Shown: one piece after another, positions 1-8,218 of the stretch | How the letters are laid out: each line of letters opens with the position of its first letter | Position numbering within the stretch: position 1 is the stretch's first letter | Origin: Myxococcota bacterium | GTDB lineage: Bacteria; Myxococcota_A; Polyangia; Polyangiales; Sandaracinaceae | Assembly (NCBI GenBank): GCA_036149055.1 | Contig: JAYZQJ010000137.1 | Coordinates: 63,862 to 127,861 of the forward strand | Length of the DNA: 64,000 bases | Direction of reading: 5' to 3' | Notes under the pieces: generated by a model | Told to the model about the DNA's origin: nothing | Databases searched by the model: none | What the model saw: only the letters and a program-made list of their open reading frames with translations | Translations under genes and position numbers: made by a program

Positions 1-147
1 CGCGCCGCCCCCGCCCCAGTCGAAGCGGTCGCGGTAGCTCTCGGTCAGCATCACCGACGCCGTGCCCTCGGCGTGGAAGGTGGGCGTCACCTGCGCCGCG
101 GCCGGCGCGGAGACGAGGAGGCAGAGGGCGAAGGCGAGGCGGCTCAT
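1..147 (-). CDS. Partial CDS (runs off window start): secreted protein with signal peptide, MSRLAFALCLLVSAPAAAQVTPTFHAEG...
   Basis: ATG at 147 overlaps the TGA of the Cys-rich gene (ATGA coupling). Hydrophobic N-terminus ending AAA|Q; frame open to the window edge. Confidence 0.7.
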   Translation of the reverse strand, partial: MSRLAFALCLLVSAPAAAQVTPTFHAEGTASVMLTESYRDRFDWGGGGA

Positions 148-3100
148 CGCGAGATGCTCAGCGCGTAGCGGCGACAGTCGGCGCCGCCGGTGACGCGGTG
201 TACGCGCACCAGCGCGGTGGTGGGCCACGCCGTGCGCCGGCTCCGGCAGTCGTTCCGGCCACCGCGGAGGCACGAGTCGACGAACGACCAGTCGGTGCGG
301 CTGTTCGCTCCCTCGCCCGATCCGCACGGCATGCCGGAGGCGCCGCAGGAGGCGATCACGTCCATCCGGAAGACGTTGCCCTCGTTCGTCGTGAAGCGGA
401 TCCGCGGCGTGCCGGTGCCGTGGCGGCGCACGTCGGGGTTCTCGGGGAAGCGGACCAGGAACCAGTCCTCCTGGCCGGGGCTCGGGAGGCGACGGAGCTC
501 GGTCCCGGTGGAGGTGCCGGCGCCGACGGTGCCGAGGTCGATCCGCGTCCCGCACGAGAGGCTGCCGCCGTCGACGCAGCTGCCGCCGCAGGCGACCTGG
601 CCGGGCGGGCACGAGACCACGCAGCTGCCGCCCGCGCAGATCGAGCCGGCCCCACAGGCGTTGCCGCAGCCGCCGCAGTGGCTCCGGTCGCTCGACAGAT
701 CCCGGCAGACGCCGCCGCAGTTGGTCAGGCCCCCGCCGCAGCTCACCGTGCACGCGCCGCCGCTGCAGACCTGGCCGGCCGGGCAGGCGTTGCCGCAGCC
801 GCCGCAGTGCAGGCGGTCGCTGCTGGTGTCGCGGCAGGTGCCGCCGCAGAGGGCGAGGCCGCCGCTGCAGGTCACCTGGCAAGCGCCGCCCGAGCAGACC
901 TCGCCAGCGGCGCAGGAGCGGCCGCACGCGCCGCAGTGGAAGCGGTCGGTCCCGAGGTCGCGGCAGACGCCCGAGCAGTCGGTCAGGCCCGCGCCGCAGC
1001 TCACGGTGCAGACGCCGCCGGAGCAGACCTCGCCAGCGGCGCAGGAGCGGCCGCAGGCGCCGCAGTGGCGCCGGTCGCTCGAGAGATCGCGACAGACCCC
1101 GGCGCAGTTGGTGAGGCCGCCACCGCAGGAGAGCGTGCAGGCGCCGCCCGCGCAGACCTCGCCCGCGCCGCAGGCCCGACCGCAGGCGCCGCAGTGGAGG
1201 CGATCGTTGTCGAGGTCGCGGCAGACGCCGGCGCAGTCGGTGAGCCCGGCGCCGCAGCTGACGGTGCAGCCGCCGCCGGAGCAGACCTCGCCGGCGGCGC
1301 AGGCGTTGCCGCAGCTGCCGCAGTTCGAGCGATCGGTGCCGAGGTCGCGGCAGACGCCGGCGCAGTCGGTGAGCCCCGCGCCGCAGCTCGGCGTGCAGGT
1401 GCCGCCGGAGCAGACCTCGCCGGCGGCGCAGGCGTTGCCGCACGCGCCACAGTGCCCGCGGTCGGTCGAGAGGTCGCGGCAGACGCCGGCGCAGTCGGTG
1501 AGCCCGGCGCCGCAGCTGACGGTGCAGGCGCCGCCGGAGCAGACCTCGCCGGCGGCGCAGGCGTTGCCGCACGCGCCGCAGTGGCCCCGGTCGGTCGCGA
1601 GGTCACGGCAGGTGCCGCCGCAGTTCGTCTGCCCGCCGCCGCAGCTCAGCACGCAGGCGCTGCCCGAGCAGACCTCGCCGGCGGCGCAGGCGTTGCCGCA
1701 CGCGCCGCAGTGGTTGCGGTCGGTGGAGACGTCGCGGCAGACGCCGGCGCAGTCGGTGAGCCCGGCGCCGCAGCTGACCTGGCAGGCGCCGCCGGAGCAG
1801 ACCTCGCCGGCGGCGCAGGCGACGCCGCACGCGCCGCAGTGGCCGCGGTCGCTCGAGAGATCTCGGCAGACGCCGCCGCAGTCGGTGAGCCCCGAGCCGC
1901 AGCTGACCACGCAGGCGCCGGCCGCGCAGACCTCGCCGGCCGCGCAGACGTTGCTGCACGCGCCGCAGTTGAGCCGGTCGTTGTCGAGGTCGCGGCAGGT
2001 GCCGCCGCAGTTGGTCTGCCCGCCGCCGCAGCTCACCTCGCAGGCGCCCATCGCGCAGCGCGTGCCCTCGACGCAGACGTCGCCGCAGGCGCCGCAGTTG
2101 AGGCGGTCGTTGTCGAGGTCACGGCAGACGCCGCCGCAGTCGTCGAGGCCGGGCGAGCAGCTCACCGCGCAGGTCCCGCCCGCGCACACCTCGCCGGGGC
2201 CGCAGGGGTTCCCGCAGGCGCCGCAGTGGAGGCGGTCGTTGTCGAGATCGCGGCAGACGCCGCCGCAGTCGGTGAGGCCGGCGCCGCAGCTGACCTCGCA
2301 GGTGCCGCCCGAGCAGACCTGGCCGGCCGCGCACACGCTCCCGCAGGCGCCGCAGTGCTGACGGTCGGTCGAGAGATCCCGGCAGACGCCCGAGCAGTTG
2401 GTCGTGCCCGCGCCGCAGCTCACCTGGCAGGTGCCGCCCGCGCAGACCTCGCCGGCGGCGCAGGCGGCGCCGCACGCGCCGCAGCTGCCGAGGTCGCTCG
2501 AGAGATCGCGGCAGACCCCGCCGCAGTCCGTGAGCCCGGGACCGCAGCTGACCTGACAGGCGCCGCCGGAGCAGACCTCGCCGAGGCCGCAGGCGGTGCC
2601 GCACGCGCCGCAGTTCGAGCGGTCGGTGGCGAGGTCCCGGCAGGCGCCGCCGCAGTCGGTCAGGCCCGATCCGCACGAGACCTCGCACGCCCCGGAGCTG
2701 CAGACCTCGCCGGCCACGCACGCGTTGCCGCAGGTGCCGCAGTGGAACCGGTCGGTGCCCAGGTCGCGGCAGACGCCGCCACAGTCGGTGAGGCCGGCGC
2801 CGCAGCTCAGCTCGCACGAGCCCGCGCTGCAGACCTCGCCCGGGTCGCAGACCGCGCCGCACGCGCCGCAGTTGAGCCGATCGGTCGCGAGATCCCGGCA
2901 GACGCCCGCGCAGTCCGTCAGGCCGCCGCCGCAGCTCACCGTGCACGCGCCGGCCGAGCAGACCTGCCCCGCGCCGCAGCTGGCGTCGCAGGCGCCGCAG
3001 TGCCCGAGGTCGGTGGTGAGGTCGCGGCAGGTGCCGTCGCAGTTGTCGAGCCCGCCCCCGCACGAGGTCTCGCACGCGCCCGCGCTGCAGACCGTGCCGG

Positions 3101-3698
3101 TGTCGCAGGCGACGCCGCAGTCCCCGCAGTGGGCGCGGTCGGAGGCCAGGTCGACGCACAGCCCGCCGCACTCGGTCTGGCCCGCCGGGCACGAGATCAC
3201 GCACGCGCCGCCCTCGCAGATCTCGCCCGCCGCGCAGGTGACGCCGCAGGCGCCGCAGTCGTCGCGGTCGATCGCCAGGTCGGCGCAGTAGGGGCCGTCC
3301 GTGTCCTCGCAGCGCTCGAGCACCCCGCCGCAGGTGAGGCCGCAGGCGCCCTCGCTGCAGACCTCGCCGTCGGCGCAGGCCACGCCGCAGGCGCCGCAGT
3401 GCGCGCGGTCGGTCCGGGTGTCGGCGCAGAGGCCGTCGCAGAGGATCTGGCCGGCCGGGCAGGACGCCACGCACGCGCCGTCCTCGCACAGCTCTCCGGC
3501 CGCGCACGCCGCGCCGCACGCGCCGCAGTGATCGGGGTCGGACGTGGGGTCCACGCACGCATCCCCGCATCGGGTCTCGCTGGGGGCGCAGGGCTCGACG
3601 AGGGCGTCCATGCCCGCGTCCCCGGTGGCGCCCACGAGGGGTTGTCCGCTGCAGCCGCACGTCAGCGCGACGATGTAGAGCCACGCCCGTGTGCTCAC
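144..3698 (-). CDS. Large secreted/lipoprotein with 23 tandem 43-aa 8-Cys repeats (STIG1-like/myxobacterial Cys-rich type) and a non-repeat C-terminal domain
   Basis: Signal/lipobox-like N-terminus (LYIVALTCGC). 23 copies of SCGAGLTDCxGVCRDLxxDRxHCGACGxACAAGEVCSGGAC counted in the translation. Confidence 0.9.
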   Translation of the reverse strand: MSTRAWLYIVALTCGCSGQPLVGATGDAGMDALVEPCAPSETRCGDACVDPTSDPDHCGACGAACAAGELCEDGACVASCPAGQILCDGLCADTRTDRAHCGACGVACADGEVCSEGACGLTCGGVLERCEDTDGPYCADLAIDRDDCGACGVTCAAGEICEGGACVISCPAGQTECGGLCVDLASDRAHCGDCGVACDTGTVCSAGACETSCGGGLDNCDGTCRDLTTDLGHCGACDASCGAGQVCSAGACTVSCGGGLTDCAGVCRDLATDRLNCGACGAVCDPGEVCSAGSCELSCGAGLTDCGGVCRDLGTDRFHCGTCGNACVAGEVCSSGACEVSCGSGLTDCGGACRDLATDRSNCGACGTACGLGEVCSGGACQVSCGPGLTDCGGVCRDLSSDLGSCGACGAACAAGEVCAGGTCQVSCGAGTTNCSGVCRDLSTDRQHCGACGSVCAAGQVCSGGTCEVSCGAGLTDCGGVCRDLDNDRLHCGACGNPCGPGEVCAGGTCAVSCSPGLDDCGGVCRDLDNDRLNCGACGDVCVEGTRCAMGACEVSCGGGQTNCGGTCRDLDNDRLNCGACSNVCAAGEVCAAGACVVSCGSGLTDCGGVCRDLSSDRGHCGACGVACAAGEVCSGGACQVSCGAGLTDCAGVCRDVSTDRNHCGACGNACAAGEVCSGSACVLSCGGGQTNCGGTCRDLATDRGHCGACGNACAAGEVCSGGACTVSCGAGLTDCAGVCRDLSTDRGHCGACGNACAAGEVCSGGTCTPSCGAGLTDCAGVCRDLGTDRSNCGSCGNACAAGEVCSGGGCTVSCGAGLTDCAGVCRDLDNDRLHCGACGRACGAGEVCAGGACTLSCGGGLTNCAGVCRDLSSDRRHCGACGRSCAAGEVCSGGVCTVSCGAGLTDCSGVCRDLGTDRFHCGACGRSCAAGEVCSGGACQVTCSGGLALCGGTCRDTSSDRLHCGGCGNACPAGQVCSGGACTVSCGGGLTNCGGVCRDLSSDRSHCGGCGNACGAGSICAGGSCVVSCPPGQVACGGSCVDGGSLSCGTRIDLGTVGAGTSTGTELRRLPSPGQEDWFLVRFPENPDVRRHGTGTPRIRFTTNEGNVFRMDVIASCGASGMPCGSGEGANSRTDWSFVDSCLRGGRNDCRSRRTAWPTTALVRVHRVTGGADCRRYALSISR

Positions 3699-3777
3699 GA
3701 TCCCGACCTCGGATCGAGGCTAAACGGGTAGGGGGGCTCCGCTCAACCGTGTCGGCAGAAAAATAGCCGAGGGCGGA

Positions 3778-3873
3778 TCAGCTCCCGGCCAGGCCGACCG
3801 CGAACATGAACGCGATGCCCCACGCCGCCATGAGGGTCAGGAGCCACTGGGTGTGCACGGGCTGGAACTGCAT
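3778..3873 (-). CDS. Small 31-aa hydrophobic protein MQFQPVHTQWLLTLMAAWGIAFMFAVGLAGS (single TM), not in the ORF track
   Basis: ATG 3873, TGA 3778-3780. GGAGGAG Shine-Dalgarno at 3883-3889. All sense codons end in G/C. Sigma54 promoter immediately upstream. Confidence 0.7.
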   Translation of the reverse strand: MQFQPVHTQWLLTLMAAWGIAFMFAVGLAGS

Positions 3874-3901
3874 GGTGTTCTTCTCCTCCGCCCGGAGAGA
3901 G

Positions 3902-3918
3902 AGCCAACGCCGTGCCAG
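3902..3918 (-). promoter_or_regulatory. Putative sigma54 -24/-12 promoter for the 31-aa ORF
   Basis: Minus strand CTGGCACGGCGTTGGCT: TGGCACG plus exact GG-N10-GC spacing. Predicted start site falls just upstream of the SD. Confidence 0.65.
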
Positions 3919-3984
3919 CGCCCGACAGAGCGGACGCCTCGCGTGGGCCTGCGGCATCTCGCCTCGATGAGGCGGCGCCGGGGA

Positions 3985-4398
3985 TCACGCGTTCATCAGG
4001 ATCGCGGCGCCGAACAGCCCGCCGTAGAGGACCATCAGGAGCGCCATCACGACGCCCATGATCACGCTCATCACGGTCGAGACGATCGAGACGACGAGCC
4101 CCACCACGGTGGCGTCCCGGCCGTGGGCGGGGAGGTCGCCCCGGTCGATCGCCTGGAGATCGCGCCGCGCCATCACGATGCCCGGCACGCTGAGGAAGAG
4201 CGAGATGAGCCCGACCGGCCCGCAGAACGAGCAGCCGACGAAGAGCGCCATCAGGCTGCTGAAGCCGAGCACCAGGATCACCACGCTGCGATCCGGGCGG
4301 GCCGGCGGGGGCGGCTGCGGACGCATGAGGTGAGGCGGAGGCCCACCGGGCGGCGCCCCCCATCCGCCGTCCCCTCCCTGCTGCGGATGCCAGCTCAC
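3985..4398 (-). CDS. DUF4190-like membrane protein with Pro/Gly-rich N-terminus
   Basis: Pro-rich head, TM segments, and the ARRDLQAIDRG...GRDATVVG pattern typical of DUF4190. Confidence 0.75.
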   Translation of the reverse strand: MSWHPQQGGDGGWGAPPGGPPPHLMRPQPPPPARPDRSVVILVLGFSSLMALFVGCSFCGPVGLISLFLSVPGIVMARRDLQAIDRGDLPAHGRDATVVGLVVSIVSTVMSVIMGVVMALLMVLYGGLFGAAILMNA

Positions 4399-4423
4399 GA
4401 CTCACACTCTAAACTCTCCGGCC

Positions 4424-4876
4424 ATGCCCGCGCACGTCCCGCTCACGCTCCGGCTCCGGGAGCCGGCGCTCCGGCGCGCCGACGGGCTCTTCCACCTGCT
4501 GAAGACCCGGCTGGGCAAGGTGCGCCCGGAGGTCCTGGCCGCCTTCGCGTTCAAGAACGACGAGCGCGCGTTCGCGCGGCGGCTGCTCGAGAAGCACTCC
4601 CGCTTCTGGCTCTTCCGCACCCACCAGCAGCGCTTCTGCGGCGACTTCCTGGCGGTGGACATGGCGAGCCCCGACGTCGCGGCCCGCCGGGTCTACGCGC
4701 TCGACCTGAAGCTCGGCAAGGACGTGGTCGAGGGCGGCGGGGGCGCCGGCAACGCCTTCTCGAACGTCGACGCGGCGGTCCAGGACGTCGCCGCGCGCCT
4801 CGCGGTCATCGACGGCGCCGCCTCCGCCGTCCGCCTCGCCGGTGACGGCGCCGCGCTGCTGGCCCGGATCTCCTAG
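4424..4876 (+). CDS. Hypothetical protein, possible PD-(D/E)xK nuclease-like fold
   Basis: Coding-like composition. E...GDF(x)n...LDLK motif order. -10 box TAAACT 8 nt upstream of ATG. Confidence 0.65.
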   Translation: MPAHVPLTLRLREPALRRADGLFHLLKTRLGKVRPEVLAAFAFKNDERAFARRLLEKHSRFWLFRTHQQRFCGDFLAVDMASPDVAARRVYALDLKLGKDVVEGGGGAGNAFSNVDAAVQDVAARLAVIDGAASAVRLAGDGAALLARIS

Positions 4877-5223
4877 GGCTCGCACGCGCAGGCGGCGGAC
4901 GTGAGCCGCTCGCGGGCGGAGGCGCAGCGCCCGGAGGAGTCGGTGCAGCGTCGGGCGAGAGCGCGGTCGCCCTCGTGGCGGTCGGCGATGCCGCAGATGC
5001 GCTCGCTCAGCTCGCAGATGGACCCGACGAGGTCACACGCCGCGGCGCAATCGGGCTCGGGGCGGGCGAGCACGGTGTCGAGGTCCTCGCTCATCGCGAC
5101 CTGCTGCCCCTCGAGCTCGGCGGGGTCCTCGCGCTCGGACACGACGGTGCGAGGCGGGCCCGCCATCGAGGCGCCGCCGCAGCCGGCGTAGAGGAGGAGG
5201 CCGATGACCCACCATCGCTTCAC
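4873..5223 (-). CDS. Small Cys-rich lipoprotein
   Basis: Lipobox LYAGC. Helical C-terminus with CxxxC..IC..IC..C..C..CAC. Start overlaps stop of upstream gene. Confidence 0.8.
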   Translation of the reverse strand: MKRWWVIGLLLYAGCGGASMAGPPRTVVSEREDPAELEGQQVAMSEDLDTVLARPEPDCAAACDLVGSICELSERICGIADRHEGDRALARRCTDSSGRCASARERLTSAACACEP

Positions 5224-5702
5224 GGCTCACCTCCGAGTCGCTCACCCCCGAGCGCGCGCTCGAGGAGCGCCTCCTGGATGGCGATGGCGCGCGCGTAGTC
5301 CTCGGCGGCGTCGCGATCGCGTCCGCTCGCCTCGTGGGCGCGTCCGCGGGTGATGATCAGGTTGGCGGTGAACACGTCCTCTCCCTCTCCGAGCTCGAGC
5401 CCTCGCCGCACGAAGCGCATGGCGCGCTCCGCGTCGCCGCGCGCGAGGTGGATCCGCGCCACGCGGTCGCAGGCGTCCTGACGTACCACCCGGGCGTCTT
5501 CTTCAGCCACTCCCGCCGGCACCTCCCGCGCCAGGAGCGCCCCGAGGCGCCGCAGCGCCGCCTCGTCGTCCCCGGCGGCGGCCGCCGCCTCGGCCGCGGC
5601 GCTGTCCGCCCGGGCGGCGGCGACCCACGCGCGCGGGGCCTCACCCTCGCAGCCACAGAGCAGCGCGAGCAGGCCGAGCAGGGCTGGCAAGATCCGGTTC
5701 AT
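5220..5702 (-). CDS. TPR-repeat lipoprotein
   Basis: True start MNRILPALLGLLALLCGC (ATG 5702, coupled to upstream stop). TPR-like helices (ARIHLARGDAERA, GRAHEASGRDRDAAEDYARA). Confidence 0.8.
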   Translation of the reverse strand: MNRILPALLGLLALLCGCEGEAPRAWVAAARADSAAAEAAAAAGDDEAALRRLGALLAREVPAGVAEEDARVVRQDACDRVARIHLARGDAERAMRFVRRGLELGEGEDVFTANLIITRGRAHEASGRDRDAAEDYARAIAIQEALLERALGGERLGGEP

Positions 5703-6163
5703 CGCGCGCCGTACCGCTCCTCGAGCGCCGCGTACACCGCGCCCCGATAGTCGCCCATCGCGTCGTCGAAGCGCGCGTCGTCGCCGGCGAGCCGCGCCTC
5801 GAGCACCGCCGGGTCGGGCGCGGGGAGGGCGGTCGCCGTCGTCGGGCCGCGCGGGCGCAGCCACACGAACAGCATCAGCGCCGCGGCCAGCCCCATCGCG
5901 CCCAGCACCCAGCCCCACCGCGGAGGGCGACGCCGCTCGGGCGTGCGCGCCGCGATCCGGTCGGCCGCCTCGAGCACGTCGCCCAGCACCGCCTCGGCGC
6001 GATCGGGGGGCAGCGCGCCGCCGTCGCGCCCGTAGCGCAGCAGCGCCGCCGTCTGGAGCGCGTCCTCCGGCAGATCCTCGCGGGCGCTTCCCCGCTCGAG
6101 CGCGTGCGCCAGCGCCTCCGCCTCGCGCCGCTCCTCGTCGGTGATCTCCTCGTCCTCGATCAT
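5699..6163 (-). CDS. Putative single-TM anti-sigma factor
   Basis: ATG 6163 overlaps the ECF sigma stop. Acidic cytoplasmic N-terminus, one TM (WGWVLGAMGLAAALMLFVWL), short periplasmic tail. Confidence 0.7.
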   Translation of the reverse strand: MIEDEEITDEERREAEALAHALERGSAREDLPEDALQTAALLRYGRDGGALPPDRAEAVLGDVLEAADRIAARTPERRRPPRWGWVLGAMGLAAALMLFVWLRPRGPTTATALPAPDPAVLEARLAGDDARFDDAMGDYRGAVYAALEERYGAR

Positions 6164-6780
6164 GCGGGCTCCCTGGCCTCGGCGCCGATCAGCGCCTCCC
6201 ATTCCTTGCGAAACGCGCGCAGCGCGCGCAGCAGCACCACGTCGAAGGTGCCGAGCTTCACGTCGAGCGCCGCCGCGCAGTCTTCCCGGCTCCGGTCCTC
6301 GAGGAAGCGGAGCCCGATCGCGCGGGCGTAGCGGGGGTTGATGCGCTCGAGCACGGTCTGCACCGTCTCCTTCAGCATCGCGAGCTGCTCCGCCTCCGCC
6401 AGCTCCTTCTCCGGCCGCGGCGAGCTCGGCCGCAGCGGCGCGAGCAGCTCCTCGAAGCTGCTGAGCGCGCGGCGGGTGCGGGCCTTGACGCGGTGCATGT
6501 CGGTCGCCTCGTTGGCCGCGATGCGGCCGAGCCAGAAGTAGAAGCTGGTGCCCCGGTCGTCGTAGCGGTCGAGCTTCTCGAGCGCCTTCCGGAAGGTCTC
6601 GCTCAGCGCGTCCTCGGCCGCCTGACGGTTCCCGAGCTTCGGCATCAGGACCTGGGCGAAGAGCCGCGGCGCGAACGCGCGGTACAGGGTCGCCACCGCC
6701 TCGCGGTCTCCCCGTCGCGCGCGCTCGAGCAGGTCGCGCTCGCGCGCGAGCCACGCCTTCGATGTGAAGTCGACCTCCAC
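6160..6780 (-). CDS. ECF-type RNA polymerase sigma-70 factor
   Basis: Region 2 (ARRGDREAVATLY...AEDALSETF...FYFWLGRIAANEATD) and region 4 HTH (SREDCAAALDVKLGT). Confidence 0.92.
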   Translation of the reverse strand: MEVDFTSKAWLARERDLLERARRGDREAVATLYRAFAPRLFAQVLMPKLGNRQAAEDALSETFRKALEKLDRYDDRGTSFYFWLGRIAANEATDMHRVKARTRRALSSFEELLAPLRPSSPRPEKELAEAEQLAMLKETVQTVLERINPRYARAIGLRFLEDRSREDCAAALDVKLGTFDVVLLRALRAFRKEWEALIGAEAREPA

Positions 6781-6802
6781 CCCGGCCCCGGGCTACCGCA
6801 TC

Positions 6803-8203
6803 TCAGCCTTCGACGTCCACGCGGATCGAAGCGCGGAACCGCCGGACTGGCTGCCCCGTGCGCCGGGCGAGCGCCTCGGCGAGGTCCTCGAGCATGCCGA
6901 GGTCTCGCTGCAGCTCCCGGTCGGCCGGGCGCGCCGCGCTCACCGCCCCGACCACCGCGCGGACCCGGTCGAGCCGGCCCTGGGCCTCGGCGTAGCTCCC
7001 GCGCTGGGCGAGCTCGGCCACCCGCTTCAGGTCTCTCGCCATCCACGCCACCGCGGAGTTGCGCGCGACGGTGCCCTCGGCGACGTCGGTGACCACGAAG
7101 ACCGGCTGGGCGTTCTCGACGCGCCGCGGCTCGTTCGCGCGCATGTCGGTGAAGTCGAGGGTGAAGCGGCCGACGGTGGGCGTGCGGTCGAGCGGATCGA
7201 CGCCGCGCAGGGTCCAGAGCACTGTCCGATGCTGCGCCGCCCCGAGCCTCCCGACGTCGGCCTGCCAGTGAGGCCCCCGCGCCTGCGCCGTCGCCCCCTC
7301 GACCCGCACCACCTGCACCCCCGGCGCCGGCGTGAAGGTGACGTGCACTCCGTCGGCCACGTCCTCGAGCAGGCCGGCCGCCTCCCGCGCGAAGACCCGC
7401 TCGATCTCGTCCGGCGAGTCGAGGAAGTAGTGGTTGCCGCGGCCCTGCCGGCTCATCTCGACCAGCACGTCGTCCCGGTGGCCGAGCCCCACGCCGATCG
7501 CGCTCAGGCGGATCCCGTCGGCGTCCCCGCGCGCCGCCCAGCCGCCGATCCGGTGCAGGTCGGTGTCGCCCACGTTGGCGACCGCGTCGGTGAGGAGCAC
7601 CACCCGCCGGAGGTGCGTGGTCGGCTCCTGGGCGAGCGCCGCGTAGCCCACCTGGAGGCCGTGCGAGAGGTTGGTCGCGCCGCGCGGCTGCAGCCGATCG
7701 ATGGCGGCGTGCAGCGCCTCGCCCTCGCTCACGCTCGTGACCGGCAGGATCACCTCGGCGTAGTCGTCGAACGCGGTCACGCCGACCCGGTCGCGCGGAT
7801 CGAGCTGATCGACCAGCCGGTGCAGCGCCTGCCGCACGTAGGTCATCTTGTCCTCCTCCTGCATCGAGCCGGAGCGGTCGACGACGAACATCATCGCCAT
7901 CGGCGGTCGCACGTCGGGGTTCCGGCCGCGGACCACCGTCTGCACGACGAAGAGCGGCTCGCTCGACTCCGCGGCCCAGGCGGCGCGCGCGCCCTCGACG
8001 CTGACGCCGGCCGCGTGAGGCGCCGGGTCGGCGACCGACTCCGGGTAGTCGGCGAGGAAGTCGTCCACCCGGATCTCCGAGGGCTGCGGCAGGCCGCCGT
8101 GGGAGGCGACGTACCGGGTCCGGGCGCGGCTGGCGTAGGCTCCCCCGCAGGCGACCAGGGTGAGCGCGACGAGGGAGAGGGCGAGTTGACGGCGAGCGAG
8201 CAT
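6803..8203 (-). CDS. von Willebrand factor A domain lipoprotein (YfbK-like)
   Basis: Start MLARRQLALSLVALTLVAC with GGAGG SD. MIDAS DRSGSM, GATN, VVLLTD, IGVG. Confidence 0.9.
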   Translation of the reverse strand: MLARRQLALSLVALTLVACGGAYASRARTRYVASHGGLPQPSEIRVDDFLADYPESVADPAPHAAGVSVEGARAAWAAESSEPLFVVQTVVRGRNPDVRPPMAMMFVVDRSGSMQEEDKMTYVRQALHRLVDQLDPRDRVGVTAFDDYAEVILPVTSVSEGEALHAAIDRLQPRGATNLSHGLQVGYAALAQEPTTHLRRVVLLTDAVANVGDTDLHRIGGWAARGDADGIRLSAIGVGLGHRDDVLVEMSRQGRGNHYFLDSPDEIERVFAREAAGLLEDVADGVHVTFTPAPGVQVVRVEGATAQARGPHWQADVGRLGAAQHRTVLWTLRGVDPLDRTPTVGRFTLDFTDMRANEPRRVENAQPVFVVTDVAEGTVARNSAVAWMARDLKRVAELAQRGSYAEAQGRLDRVRAVVGAVSAARPADRELQRDLGMLEDLAEALARRTGQPVRRFRASIRVDVEG

Positions 8204-8218
8204 GAGAACCTCCGGGCT

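Noticed and set aside
190..3731. Long plus-strand and alternate-frame ORFs (723, 1177, 521 aa) over the Cys-repeat gene
   Set aside because: Antisense or off-frame shadows of a repetitive high-GC gene; no domains or start signals.
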